Source of the DNA: a virus
Direction: 5' to 3' (one strand)
Virus record (IMG/VR): IMGVR_UViG_3300045988_131117
Length of the DNA: 64,000 bases
The notes below the pieces were generated by a model. It saw only the letters and a list, made by a program, of their open reading frames with translations, was not told the DNA's origin and did no database searches. Positions 40,686 through 50,681 of this stretch are shown in pieces (the first letter of the stretch is position 1; the number at the start of each line of letters is the position of its first letter). The translations under genes were made by a program, and so were the position numbers.

Positions 40686-41207
40686 CTATTTGGGGTTATA
40701 TCTGTCAATTATTTCAATAATCAACCTACCTCTTTCTTTAATCATTCCCCTGCTTTCCATATCCAGTACCTTCTTTACCGCATATTTCCACACAAAAGGA
40801 AATTCTGTTTCAAGTTTATCAAATTCTATCCGGTCAAGATACATGTCGAATACCGTATGCTCCGATTCATGTAGAAAAACTATATTATCTCTGCAAGTGG
40901 CAACCGACTTATATATCCTTTTCGGAAGTATGTGACATACGTTACATACTGTAGGAAAATGAATAGCCCTACCAGTCATAGACATCCGAATACTATTTAG
41001 CTCTTCCAGCATAAGACGAAAAAACCCGGATAAATCCGGGCTCTCTAACTTTTTCTTCTTGCTGCTGTTTTTAATGGATGTAATTCTGTTTTTCTTCTTC
41101 GGAGTCAACTCTTTGCTCCTGCAAGCCTGGCATAAGCCATGACTTCTTATCATCACTTTTCGTCCGCATCGTTCGCAGACGTATAGCTTCTTTTCCTTGC
41201 TTTCCAT
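40686..41207 (-). CDS. zinc-ribbon protein, possible HNH-like/NinG-like nuclease
   Basis: N-terminal CERCG...CQAC and a central CNVCHILPKR...NIVFLHESEH segment. Confidence 0.3.
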   Translation of the reverse strand: MESKEKKLYVCERCGRKVMIRSHGLCQACRSKELTPKKKNRITSIKNSSKKKKLESPDLSGFFRLMLEELNSIRMSMTGRAIHFPTVCNVCHILPKRIYKSVATCRDNIVFLHESEHTVFDMYLDRIEFDKLETEFPFVWKYAVKKVLDMESRGMIKERGRLIIEIIDRYNPK

Positions 41208-41392
41208 TCGAATAATAATGATATTATTGAAAAGAACAATCCCACTGAAGCCAGTAGATAAGGTACGTTCATTAATAATTTAGATACCTCGTCTGTCTTA
41301 ATCACTATCAGAAGGAAAGCGCCTGCTGAAAGCAATGATATTATCGCCACAACAAGCGCTATGTTGGAAACTACATCAGCCTTACTCTTCAC
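41153..41392 (-). CDS. small membrane protein (79 aa, two TM helices)
   Basis: Two hydrophobic helices. Confidence 0.4.
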   Translation of the reverse strand: MKSKADVVSNIALVVAIISLLSAGAFLLIVIKTDEVSKLLMNVPYLLASVGLFFSIISLLFEWKARKRSYTSANDADEK

Positions 41393-41852
41393 TCTTCTTC
41401 TCGCCTAATTTTTCAGCTCCCTTCTGAAGATCGTATTTGAATACGTCTATGATCTTCGTTTCAGCAATAGCTTCGCAGTTCCAGTCGCCCAACGTACCCT
41501 GCATGCCTTTAGTCAACACAGCTTCGGCATCCTTGGGATTGCCGGCCTGGACATACATATAGCATGGTGTTTTCTTTTCTTTACCTTTCTTTTCATCCAG
41601 TGTAATGTAATTCACCTTACACTTATACCAGTACTCAGCCTCTCCGTTGAAGAAGATTTCCGACACTTTAATAGGATTAATTTTTACAACCTCGAAAGAA
41701 TTGTACAAATCCTTGAAGATCTCCAACGATCTTGATTCTGCCTCTGTGTAAGACAAGGCATCTACCAAATACTTTTCAGTTACTTTCTTTTTTTTGCCGT
41801 TCTCGATATTATCAATCTCGGCTTTTACCGTAATTTCAAACCAACGATTCAT
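41382..41852 (-). CDS. hypothetical protein (156 aa)
   Basis: ORF only. Confidence 0.4.
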   Translation of the reverse strand: MNRWFEITVKAEIDNIENGKKKKVTEKYLVDALSYTEAESRSLEIFKDLYNSFEVVKINPIKVSEIFFNGEAEYWYKCKVNYITLDEKKGKEKKTPCYMYVQAGNPKDAEAVLTKGMQGTLGDWNCEAIAETKIIDVFKYDLQKGAEKLGEKKSEE

Positions 41853-41863
41853 TGTATTAATAT

Positions 41864-42139
41864 TTAATTAGTTGATTTCTTTCCTTTCTCTATACTATTT
41901 TTAAATCTTTCAGAACACCACTGCAAAACGTCCATCATCATCATTTCATTATTAGATAAGATGCCTTTTATAACTAACGCCAATTGATACTGTGACATTC
42001 TTTGGCTCATATCAAATCTTCTTTCCTCTTCATTTACTATCGTAGCCACGAAATACTTACACCCCTCTAAGTGCGTCAGGGCTTCAATCATAGCTTCTTT
42101 TATCTCTTTTTCTTCCATTCTGTTTGTTTTTTTGGACAA
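41864..42139 (-). CDS. hypothetical protein (91 aa)
   Basis: ORF only. Confidence 0.4.
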   Translation of the reverse strand: MSKKTNRMEEKEIKEAMIEALTHLEGCKYFVATIVNEEERRFDMSQRMSQYQLALVIKGILSNNEMMMMDVLQWCSERFKNSIEKGKKSTN

Positions 42140-42191
42140 AGATATGTCTTTTGATAATAAAAAAGATTCAAAATGATTTAATTTAGCTTAA

Positions 42192-42854
42192 TTACTGCTC
42201 TTTTGATTCGTCCGGTATAGGCATGTCAAACTTTTTTCTGATAAACGACTCTGTTTCTTCATTGAATGGATAGGCCTCCTTGATAAAATTCATAGCTACC
42301 TCCATGTCACCGTCTGCTATATCTTTATACCTTTCAAAGATACCAACCAGGTCATTGTTGTATGAACGTTCTTGTTTTATGTTGTACACGTATTTCAATA
42401 CCCTGTCTTTGATTTCATTGGCTTTTTTCACAGTATCATTGAAAGAATTTATACTTTCCAATTCTGGATCTTTGTTTTCCTTGTTTACCTTATCAAACTC
42501 TTCCTTGCTATATCCCGCTTCTCCTGTAATGGCTGGGCAAACACTTCCATTTATGATCCAAAACCGTTCATACGATCCTATCAGAAACTTTGATTCCATT
42601 TTAAATGCATTATATTTAACAAGCAAATTAGCCACCTCAGTTGCACCTTCTACGGTTCTAAAACCGATATCTTTTAATATAAATACTGGAACTCCCATTC
42701 TTGGATACACGACTTCTTTTTTGTTCTTTATATTCCAGTTTTTAGCTTCAATTGGAATACCTTTACCAGCAAGCTCTTTGTCTATATACAGATATATCTC
42801 TTCGTCTGTCAATGACACAATCTCATCTCTGCTTAAATCAAAAACTGTTTTCAT
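42192..42854 (-). CDS. hypothetical protein (220 aa)
   Basis: ORF only. Confidence 0.45.
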   Translation of the reverse strand: MKTVFDLSRDEIVSLTDEEIYLYIDKELAGKGIPIEAKNWNIKNKKEVVYPRMGVPVFILKDIGFRTVEGATEVANLLVKYNAFKMESKFLIGSYERFWIINGSVCPAITGEAGYSKEEFDKVNKENKDPELESINSFNDTVKKANEIKDRVLKYVYNIKQERSYNNDLVGIFERYKDIADGDMEVAMNFIKEAYPFNEETESFIRKKFDMPIPDESKEQ

Positions 42855-43054
42855 TTCTTTTTATTTATTAAATTAAACAATCTACCTCTTTGTTCGGGCT
42901 CCGTATATTCAACCCATATATCGGCTGCCACATTTCTAAGAAATTCCATAAAGTCTTGATGATCCCTGTATTCAGCAGAATCAACTTTTCTCACAAAACT
43001 TAGAATTTCCTTTAACATCTTATTGTTTTCTTCAAGAAGTTCTCTGTCGGTCAT
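42851..43054 (-). CDS. hypothetical protein (67 aa)
   Basis: ORF only. Confidence 0.35.
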   Translation of the reverse strand: MTDRELLEENNKMLKEILSFVRKVDSAEYRDHQDFMEFLRNVAADIWVEYTEPEQRGRLFNLINKKK

Positions 43055-43174
43055 AACCTTTCATATTTTCTTCTTAAGTCTTTACCTGCCCAGATATCAT
43101 GATCTTTTTCTTGTTCTTGATAAATCTTTGCTGCTTTTTCAATATCTTCTCTTTTCATAATTTTATACTTTAAT

Positions 43175-43678
43175 CTAACCTCCAATAAAATCATCGGGAG
43201 TTATATATCCTACTGATTCCATACGGTCTATAATCTCATTCGCATTCATTTCTGAACCGTTCCATTCAAGTATGATTTCATTTCCTGAAGCCATGCTCAA
43301 ATTAGGCTCATTATCTCTAAATCCTGAGAAAGCAAGATGTTCCCAAATGGATTGCAGTGCAAGGTCCGCTTCGTTTTGTTTGTTTTCTGCTTTCTTTATG
43401 GCATTTCTTAATTTTTTATTCATTATCACCCCCCTTTCTTCTTCGCATGGGAGCAAGTCCTCGATGTATGCCCAGCGCATATAATAATCCTTTTCTGAAA
43501 GTTCTTCCCATGGCTTGCTCTTGGTTAAATAGACCAAATCATAAGCACCGTCAATATCCTCCACAATGAGCAGTTTCCCTTTGTCTGGCTTTTCTCTTGC
43601 ATCGTGCCACACGCTGTTAATGCGCCATTCTGCACCAGCTTTAAAAAGAGGAACAGCATATTCTATATCTTGTTTCAT
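43175..43678 (-). CDS. hypothetical protein (167 aa)
   Basis: ORF only. Confidence 0.4.
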   Translation of the reverse strand: MKQDIEYAVPLFKAGAEWRINSVWHDAREKPDKGKLLIVEDIDGAYDLVYLTKSKPWEELSEKDYYMRWAYIEDLLPCEEERGVIMNKKLRNAIKKAENKQNEADLALQSIWEHLAFSGFRDNEPNLSMASGNEIILEWNGSEMNANEIIDRMESVGYITPDDFIGG

Positions 43679-43722
43679 GTCTTATTATTGTTTAATTAAT
43701 TTAAATATTTTTAGTTTTGAAA

Positions 43723-43968
43723 TTATTTAATATGCTTATCGGCTGGACTGATTATCAATCCATCGTCACATGAAGGGAATGATATGTTAGATTCTCCATT
43801 ATCAAGATTAGTCAGTTTAACCGTTCCAGCATATTCATCATCCACAAAAAACAATTGACCCGAAGAAACCACAAACCTGCATTGATATGCATTCATCATT
43901 GCTCCAAGTTGTCTAATCTTAGTTTTAATCTCTAAAAGTTGAGCGTTGTTGATTATATTCTTATTCAT
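43723..43968 (-). CDS. hypothetical protein (81 aa)
   Basis: ORF only. Confidence 0.35.
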   Translation of the reverse strand: MNKNIINNAQLLEIKTKIRQLGAMMNAYQCRFVVSSGQLFFVDDEYAGTVKLTNLDNGESNISFPSCDDGLIISPADKHIK

Positions 43969-44121
43969 ATTTTATTAAAGTTTATCTATTATTTTGTCAC
44001 CCATTTCCTGCCATTCATCACTCACGCTTATAACCAATCCTATGACAGTGAATGATAATAACAACGTAAAAATAAGCCATAACAGAAAGCAGATAAAAAC
44101 ACATACATACCTCATGATTTT

Positions 44122-44868
44122 TTAGTTGTTAGATAAAAGCAAAATCGGTTCATTTGACTCCGCAATTGCTTTTATTTGTTCTGGATTGATAAAACTCTTG
44201 ACTTGTTCACTTATCTTACAAATAGATTTGATCATATCAACGAATAATTTTGAGGTGCATTCGTTGCATTCCACTTCCATTACCGGCTTATATCGATTGT
44301 ATGATATGCATGTTACATAATTCAGCCAGTGCGCATAAGTTCCTTTTTCTGTATTTAACCTGTCGTATTCTACTTTTGTCTCTCCATTACCATATTCAAT
44401 TACTCTTTTTAGAAATGGTTTTGCATAAACACTAAAACCGAAAGGTTGGGTGTTTAAGGCATCTAAACGAGAGGTTCCATCTCTCCATTTCCCGTTTTCA
44501 TCACCTCCTGTCCATTCTTTAGAGGTATTAGGGACAATATTTCCATTTTTGTCATATGAAAACATGCAATTCGTTTCCAGTTGATACTTAATAACAGGCA
44601 CTTCTTCTACTATTTTATAACTCAAACATCTCTTCATAACTTCCCTGATTTGACTTTCCAAATCAGAAAGTGTTATACTATTGAAATATCCTTCGTTGCC
44701 TAATCTGTTTGTAGGTAATTTGATCCTATAAGAATGAATCTTATCCACATCTTCTTTTGACAATGTAGTGGTAAACACTCCTTCTTTGGTGACATTCACT
44801 TTAACAGTTACGGACAAACTGTTATTAGCGTTCTTTTCCGTTATATTTAGTGTTGTTAATGCTGCCAT
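44122..44868 (-). CDS. hypothetical protein (248 aa)
   Basis: ORF only. Confidence 0.45.
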   Translation of the reverse strand: MAALTTLNITEKNANNSLSVTVKVNVTKEGVFTTTLSKEDVDKIHSYRIKLPTNRLGNEGYFNSITLSDLESQIREVMKRCLSYKIVEEVPVIKYQLETNCMFSYDKNGNIVPNTSKEWTGGDENGKWRDGTSRLDALNTQPFGFSVYAKPFLKRVIEYGNGETKVEYDRLNTEKGTYAHWLNYVTCISYNRYKPVMEVECNECTSKLFVDMIKSICKISEQVKSFINPEQIKAIAESNEPILLLSNN

Positions 44869-44886
44869 AATCAGATCTTTTTAAAA

Positions 44887-45147
44887 TCAATTCGAATAAA
44901 TATAATACATTCCTGCTTCATATACCTTATGTACATCAGGGTCATTCTTGTCTTCCGGTTCCAATTCACTCTTTTCACAAGTATAATTCCATTCAGAGTT
45001 GTAGTACATATCCTCGTCTGTTTTCTCCAAGGAACAATCTTTCATTAGATTCATATTTTCTCCCCATACTGCAACTTCTTGTCGTTGCTCTTCTTCTGTC
45101 ATAAGAGATATTTTGTCTTTCAATTCTTTCCAAGTCATGATTTTCAA
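44887..45147 (-). CDS. hypothetical protein (86 aa)
   Basis: ORF only. Confidence 0.35.
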   Translation of the reverse strand: MKIMTWKELKDKISLMTEEEQRQEVAVWGENMNLMKDCSLEKTDEDMYYNSEWNYTCEKSELEPEDKNDPDVHKVYEAGMYYIYSN

Positions 45148-45162
45148 AAGATGATTAATAGT

Positions 45163-45546
45163 TTATTCTACATCAAAAAGCTGATCTAACACCAATAATT
45201 CGGCATCCATGTCTTCATCTTTCGGGAAACGAACTTTTATATTTCCAAACTTAGATGTCTTGAATAAGATGTAAGGATTCATATCTTCGGCAGTCACCGG
45301 CTTATACTCCTTAACTTCCGACATCTTGAGATACCAGTCACCTATTTTTACAAACCCAGAAAAGATAGAACACAGATGCGCTTTTACAGACTGTATCTCC
45401 TTTTTATCTTTGAAAGGTATAATTTCGTCCTTTCCCCTTATCCTGATTGACAAGAAAGGACGAATGTTATCTGTTTCATTTTGAAATTTGAAGCCTGTTA
45501 TGGCTTGCTTGGGGATTCTTCTTCCCATTAATATAAAATAGCTCAT
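45163..45546 (-). CDS. hypothetical protein (127 aa)
   Basis: ORF only. Confidence 0.4.
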   Translation of the reverse strand: MSYFILMGRRIPKQAITGFKFQNETDNIRPFLSIRIRGKDEIIPFKDKKEIQSVKAHLCSIFSGFVKIGDWYLKMSEVKEYKPVTAEDMNPYILFKTSKFGNIKVRFPKDEDMDAELLVLDQLFDVE

Positions 45547-45857
45547 TGTGATAAGTGATTTTGTTTTATGTTAGGTAAGTAATTTGTAATAACATCAAGT
45601 GATATCCATAACTCTGGCTCTATGCTGTTTTTTATTCTATCACTGAAAAGAGAATTATCATCACAATCACAATGAGAGATTGTGATATAACAATCTTGAT
45701 AATCCCACCAATGAGCCGATTTAAAATCGTCTCCTCCATTCCAAAACCCTATTCTTATACCTCTTGGGTTGAAATCTTCATCTATCCAACTTGGGTGATA
45801 AGCCAACACTTCTTCTCCCTCTGAAGGTTTTTCCTCTTTGAATTTCTTCCAGTTCAT
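45543..45857 (-). CDS. hypothetical protein (104 aa), DUF551-like Trp-rich
   Basis: W..K..KP.EGEEVLAYHP composition; weak evidence. Confidence 0.35.
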   Translation of the reverse strand: MNWKKFKEEKPSEGEEVLAYHPSWIDEDFNPRGIRIGFWNGGDDFKSAHWWDYQDCYITISHCDCDDNSLFSDRIKNSIEPELWISLDVITNYLPNIKQNHLSQ

Positions 45858-45868
45858 CTCACCTTTAA

Positions 45869-46666
45869 TTAATTAGACACAAATATACAAGTTTTACTAA
45901 GATACCCTTCTGTCATCTCTATAAAGTTCACACAATCTAATTTGCTTAATTTGTAAATCAATGCCGGATTGTGTACTATGGCTATAATTTGTGTTTGTGG
46001 TTTATGGAATGACAATACATTATAAATTTGCATTATGTTGTCAATGTCAAGATTCCTGTCTGGCTCATCCATGAGAACCGTGTATTCAAAACTGCTTTTT
46101 GTTAATGTTATGCGGTTTCTTTTATAATACTTCAACAGGTTATCAATTCTTTTAATCCAAAACGCATTTGATTTTTTCTTGTATTCTACAAGATCTTGTA
46201 TTGGAAATGTATAATCCTTTTGACCGAACATTAAATTGAAAAGCGATTCCAATGATAACACCACTTTCTCTCCATAAGATCTTCGAATATTATTCACATA
46301 CAAATCGAAATTGCTGAAGTTTTTCAATACGCTATCTCGATTCATCTCCGCCGATGGCAATAAACGGAATACTTTCCCTGCATAATCAGACGATATGTCG
46401 ATCCCATCAAAAACCTTATCATCATCATCAAATATAGGTGGAAAATCCAGTGCCTCGATCGGCATTTCAGAGCACATAGACTTCTCACACAACATATACA
46501 TTGATATGATATTAAGTAAGGTCGATTTTCCACTACCGTTTTCACCTATAATCACATTCACTCCTGGCTTGAAAATAAATTCTCTGCCATTTTCAAACGC
46601 TTCTATGTCCGAAACATATTCAAATGGAGTTTTTGTATTGTCTTTTATTTTTACTTTATATATCAT
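45869..46666 (-). CDS. AAA/ABC-type ATPase (AAA_21-like, 265 aa)
   Basis: Walker A GENGSGKST and Walker B VLMDEPDRNLD. Confidence 0.65.
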   Translation of the reverse strand: MIYKVKIKDNTKTPFEYVSDIEAFENGREFIFKPGVNVIIGENGSGKSTLLNIISMYMLCEKSMCSEMPIEALDFPPIFDDDDKVFDGIDISSDYAGKVFRLLPSAEMNRDSVLKNFSNFDLYVNNIRRSYGEKVVLSLESLFNLMFGQKDYTFPIQDLVEYKKKSNAFWIKRIDNLLKYYKRNRITLTKSSFEYTVLMDEPDRNLDIDNIMQIYNVLSFHKPQTQIIAIVHNPALIYKLSKLDCVNFIEMTEGYLSKTCIFVSN

Positions 46667-46854
46667 TTTATACTGGCTATGTTATAAAACATACGGATGT
46701 TATTTAATTTCATATTTTTCTTCTCTAACTTTGTTTTACTCAATCGAATCATATAGTCCCTTGTTTCGGACAAGACGGTTGGGTAAAAGAGGTCTTTGAT
46801 ATAAGGTTTTACCCTAAAAAAAAATAGGTGATTATATACAACTTTACACCATCT

Positions 46855-46908
46855 ATATAAAACAGAAGCCGGATAATGATTAACGTATATCCGGCTTCTG
46901 TTTTATAT
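46855..46908. repeat. 21-bp perfect inverted repeat forming a long hairpin
   Basis: ATATAAAACAGAAGCCGGATA (46855–46875) pairs with TATCCGGCTTCTGTTTTATAT (46888–46908) around a 12-nt loop. Lies just downstream of the transposase operon. Confidence 0.6.
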
Positions 46909-46910
46909 GG

Positions 46911-47099
46911 TTAAAATTCTTTTTCGTTACCACCTTTTTTAGAGGTGGTTTTATCAAAAAGAGGGTCGTTAGGATCTGTTTTGGGATTATAGCTAAATAC
47001 ACCTTTAGCTATTCTCTTCATATCCTTCTCTAATTTTCCAATTTTACTACTTCTGATCGTAGTAGTGGTTGATATTGTGAATTTCTTATTTTTTTTCAT
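46911..47099 (-). CDS. small hypothetical protein (62 aa)
   Basis: ORF overlapping the transposase stop by 4 nt. Confidence 0.35.
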   Translation of the reverse strand: MKKNKKFTISTTTTIRSSKIGKLEKDMKRIAKGVFSYNPKTDPNDPLFDKTTSKKGGNEKEF

Positions 47100-48019
47100 G
47101 CCGTAATTTTCTTTAGTTGTGAATACCTTAATCGTCGTTTGGTATTCTGCAAAAATACATCGAATCTTTCAGATTCCGATAGATGTTTCGTGTTATATCT
47201 GAAAGATTCGCAATCTACATATCTTTGAAGATGTTTTCTCGACACCCAGAAATGGGTTCCAGAAATCATTTTCTTCAAATGGCTCCAATATCCTTCGATT
47301 GTGTTTGTTGATCTTCTGCCTATTACATACGCTCCCTTTTTGTGATATACTTTTTGATGATCAAACTTTTCTTTGTTGATCCCGTTATACGCATACCATT
47401 CGTCAGAATATATGGTAGAATTAGGATGAACGGTATTGTATATCAAAGGAAGTAAGGTTTTACCTTTTGTGTCTGTAACGACATAAGCGACAACAAATCC
47501 TTCTCGTTGGAGTGTCCCAAACACAGGGGTTTTATCTTTTAAAGATCTCCCCTGTGCATCTTTAACTTTATCCTTACTATGTCTATTCTTGTTTTTGCCA
47601 CCAATATAAGTTTCATCCACTTCAATCTCGCCTTTCAAACACGGCTCTTTTATTTCAATACTAAAACAATTGTGAATACGTTGAAGCATAAACCAAGCCG
47701 TTTTCTGTGTTACTCCCACGATTTTAGACAACTGTAAAGATGATACTCCTCTTTTCATTTCAACAACAAAATAACAAGCCAACATCCATTTTCGTAATGA
47801 GACTTTCGAATTTTCAAAAATCGTTCCTGTACGAACATTGAAATATTTACCCGTGTTTTTACACTTGTATCTATTTCCTTTGCATTTATACACCTTAGAT
47901 TCCGGATCAAAAGGAGAAACAACGTGATCTCCCCACCTTTCTTTTTCAAGAAAGGTTATACACGCTTGCTCATCAGGGAACAATTTTGAAAATTCGGGAA
48001 GTGATTTAAAATCGAACAT
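47096..48019 (-). mobile_element. IS1595-family (ISXO2-like) transposase gene
   Basis: N-terminal zinc ribbon (VVSPF...CKGNRYKCKNTGKYF) and a DDE-type core with the IYSDEWYAYNG motif. Terminal inverted repeats not identified. Confidence 0.65.
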
Positions 48020-48187
48020 ACTTCTTATCTTTATATTGGATTATAAAAATACAAAAATATATTCATATAACCAACTAAAAATCAATTAAATTCATCGAAT
48101 ATCTGATTTTGAATTATTTTTTTTTGTTGTTAAATTTCTAATTCTTTTCTATTTTTGAGGATTGTCTAACTTAATTGTAATAATATC

Positions 48188-48364
48188 ATGGAAAAGAAAA
48201 TAGAACACAAAAAAGACAAAGTGGAACTTTACAAAGACAAAAACGATAAATGGCGATGGAAAAGAATAGCTCCAAACGGAGAAGTAGTTGGTGCTTCTAC
48301 CCAAGGATATGCCAATAAAAGTTACTGTAAAGAGAATGCAAGGAGAAATGGGTGTGATATATAG
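48188..48364 (+). CDS. DUF1508 (YegP-like) domain protein (58 aa), not in the supplied ORF track
   Basis: VELYKDKNDKWRWKRIAPNGEVVGASTQGYANKSYCKENA matches the YegP pattern F..yKd..g.WRWrl.a.NGe..a.S.gY.sK.....a. Confidence 0.6.
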   Translation: MEKKIEHKKDKVELYKDKNDKWRWKRIAPNGEVVGASTQGYANKSYCKENARRNGCDI

Positions 48365-48370
48365 ACAATG

Positions 48371-48535
48371 CTAATCATTTGGAATAATCCCCACTACTTC
48401 TTCTGTTGTAGCTCTTTGTTTAACAAAATCTTCTGCTTCATTCCAAGAAGTAGCCCATATTTCACCAGCGTATTTTCGCCCGTTGATTTCAAATTCTGTC
48501 AAAAATTTCTTTTGTTTTTCTTCTTTTGTTTTCAT
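48371..48535 (-). CDS. small hypothetical protein (54 aa), not in the supplied ORF track
   Basis: ATG ORF MKTKEEKQKKFLTEFEINGRKYAGEIWATSWNEAEDFVKQRATTEEVVGIIPND. Confidence 0.3.
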   Translation of the reverse strand: MKTKEEKQKKFLTEFEINGRKYAGEIWATSWNEAEDFVKQRATTEEVVGIIPND

Positions 48536-48579
48536 AATTACAATTTTAAAAAGTTAATAATTAATTGATTTATAAAAAG

Positions 48580-48611
48580 AAAGCGGTGATAAACTAAGTT
48601 GCCACCGCTTT
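48580..48611 (-). terminator. rho-independent terminator (minus-strand reading)
   Basis: AAGCGGTG / CACCGCTT stem followed on the minus strand by TTTCTTTTTAT; lies 3' of the lipoprotein gene. Confidence 0.55.
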
Positions 48612-48632
48612 TACTGCTTACTATTTTGTATA

Positions 48633-49028
48633 TTATTGTATCCTGTACATTGAAAAGTCTTCAAAATCTCCAGATACACAATCAAGTTTCAGCCAACCTT
48701 CTGACACCTTTACATCATAAACAATAGGTGGCTCAGGGTCACTATCAAATACAATGACTAATTTCATTGTATTTTTATCAAAAGAGTATGTGAAAGGATC
48801 TGGGCTTTTCTTTTTGCCTTCATTGTAATATACAGTCATTACGCCTGTATCGTCATTATAAAATGTGAGTTCGAAAAATTCATCTGCGGGGAATTGCTCT
48901 CCCCATGAACCTATTAATATGCTGTTATTGTCATTATTCACATTATCATCGTTACACGAAAATGTGAATAAAAGTAGCAAGGTTAATAATATATGTAGTA
49001 CTTGTTTCATGTTATTGTTAAAATTCAT
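48633..49028 (-). CDS. predicted surface lipoprotein (131 aa)
   Basis: Signal peptide LLTLLLLFTFSC with Cys followed by NDDN, the Bacteroidota lipoprotein export signal pattern. Confidence 0.6.
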   Translation of the reverse strand: MNFNNNMKQVLHILLTLLLLFTFSCNDDNVNNDNNSILIGSWGEQFPADEFFELTFYNDDTGVMTVYYNEGKKKSPDPFTYSFDKNTMKLVIVFDSDPEPPIVYDVKVSEGWLKLDCVSGDFEDFSMYRIQ

Positions 49029-49722
49029 ATCCGACCTTTATACTAAATCCGTTCATGTCACCACTTCCATCTCCCCATTCTTCATCAAATGATACCTTTT
49101 GTATAGAATATCCTATACCTAAATTAACAGCTTGTTTTTTAGTGGTCATAAACCGTACGCCAATAAAAGGGTTACAATACAATCCACCTTTTTTTGCATG
49201 TCTTGGTGCTTCTTTTGTATTGAACTTATACCCTATTCTTAATGCAATAAAAGGAGATATTGGACCATTCAAGGCATATCCTCTCACATCCGCAAATACA
49301 GGTATGCTTACTGTTGAATAATCGGTCATATAGTGTATGCCGGTTCCACCTCCTACAAATAAATATTGATTGATTTGGCTTCCATATGTAAAATATAATT
49401 CTGGGCCTTTGTATCCACCTGCCCAGTATCCGAGATCAATCATAAATCTACTCCCTGTCAAATCGTACTTTTCATTGGATATTTTAAATGGAATTTTAGA
49501 TTCTTTCTCTTCTTTGGTTATTTTACTGATATCTTCCATAGGGTACACAAACGTACTACCATCAGAAGTGCGAATAGTAATTTGCTTGTCTGGTATCTGC
49601 TCGATAATAACCCCTTTTATAACACTTCCATTTTTTAAATGAATAGCTTCAACCATTTTGTTCTGTGAGTAAGCGCATACACTACCCAATAGAACAACTA
49701 ACAATAATAGATACTTTTTCAT
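49018..49722 (-). CDS. outer-membrane beta-barrel protein (234 aa)
   Basis: Signal peptide MKKYLLLLVVLLGSVCAYSQ, alternating beta-strand composition and a C-terminal ...KVGYEF aromatic terminus. Confidence 0.6.
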   Translation of the reverse strand: MKKYLLLLVVLLGSVCAYSQNKMVEAIHLKNGSVIKGVIIEQIPDKQITIRTSDGSTFVYPMEDISKITKEEKESKIPFKISNEKYDLTGSRFMIDLGYWAGGYKGPELYFTYGSQINQYLFVGGGTGIHYMTDYSTVSIPVFADVRGYALNGPISPFIALRIGYKFNTKEAPRHAKKGGLYCNPFIGVRFMTTKKQAVNLGIGYSIQKVSFDEEWGDGSGDMNGFSIKVGYEF

Positions 49723-50135
49723 ATGAAATAATTTTGCTCTTTCTGCCTCCTTCGAAAGATTAACAAAAAAAAGAAGCGTGGAGACTATTGGATACTACCA
49801 CATTGAGGTCTTGGACTACCCTTCGCACAATAGTAAACAATAGCCCCACGCCTTATGTCAGTATACTATTATCCCTCTTGTATAATCAGAATGCGTATAC
49901 AACAACATAGGCGTAGGAGCTGTATGTCTATTATCTTGTGCGAATGAAAGTGTCCAAGTTTCAATGCAAGATAATATCTTAACGCTTCTACGTCTTTATT
50001 CTAATACGTGAGGGCAAAGATAGTTATTCTATCTAATATTTTAAAACGGCTTAAAAGGATTTAATTTGATGTAAAATGAATATTGGGAATTTTAACAGTT
50101 CGTATTTTTGCATAAACAACAAAATATCTAAGATC

Positions 50136-50300
50136 ATGAACAAATGCAAAAAGCCATCAAGAAAAACAGCCAGTAAAGCAGGCAAGTTATTAAGAAAGAA
50201 GATATCTTCCAAAGATGTTAAAACTCTTGCAGGTTACACTTTACAAGCCGCTTCCCGTCGTGGAAAAAGTAAGAGTGGTTGCCAAAAGAAAGGAAAATAA
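50136..50300 (+). CDS. small basic protein (54 aa)
   Basis: MNKCKKPSRKTASKAGKLLRKKISSKD... Lys-rich. Confidence 0.35.
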   Translation: MNKCKKPSRKTASKAGKLLRKKISSKDVKTLAGYTLQAASRRGKSKSGCQKKGK

Positions 50301-50562
50301 GTTCTTTAATACAAGCTTTTGGTATGGTCATTATACCAGAAGCTTGTTCTAATGTATTGGAATTACCAACAGCATAATGACCAGCTACAGATATAGATCT
50401 CTCATTTTCATGTACAACAATACCATAGCTCTCTATTTCTGATATATCTGTTTCGTAATCCTCCAGATCTACCCATGTTCTTTCTGATAGGTTGGAATCT
50501 ATCCACTTAACTAATACCCGCTTGTTTAAAAGCGATTCTTTTTTATGTCTATTCTTTTTCAT
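50218..50562 (-). CDS. hypothetical protein (114 aa)
   Basis: ORF only. Confidence 0.4.
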   Translation of the reverse strand: MKKNRHKKESLLNKRVLVKWIDSNLSERTWVDLEDYETDISEIESYGIVVHENERSISVAGHYAVGNSNTLEQASGIMTIPKACIKELIFLSFGNHSYFFHDGKRLVKCNLQEF

Positions 50563-50681
50563 AACTTGTTATATTGATTTTTTAGTAAACGAAAAGAGAT
50601 TGTGCCAGCATTTTGACACAATCTCAATTATATGGGAATAATACTAAGGAAAAGTGTAAAGTGGTATATAATTACCTTAAT

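Noticed and set aside
47096-48190. Terminal inverted repeats delimiting the IS1595-like element
   Set aside because: No convincing matching ends could be identified by eye flanking the transposase gene. The 21-bp inverted repeat at 46855–46908 forms a local hairpin rather than a pair of IS ends.
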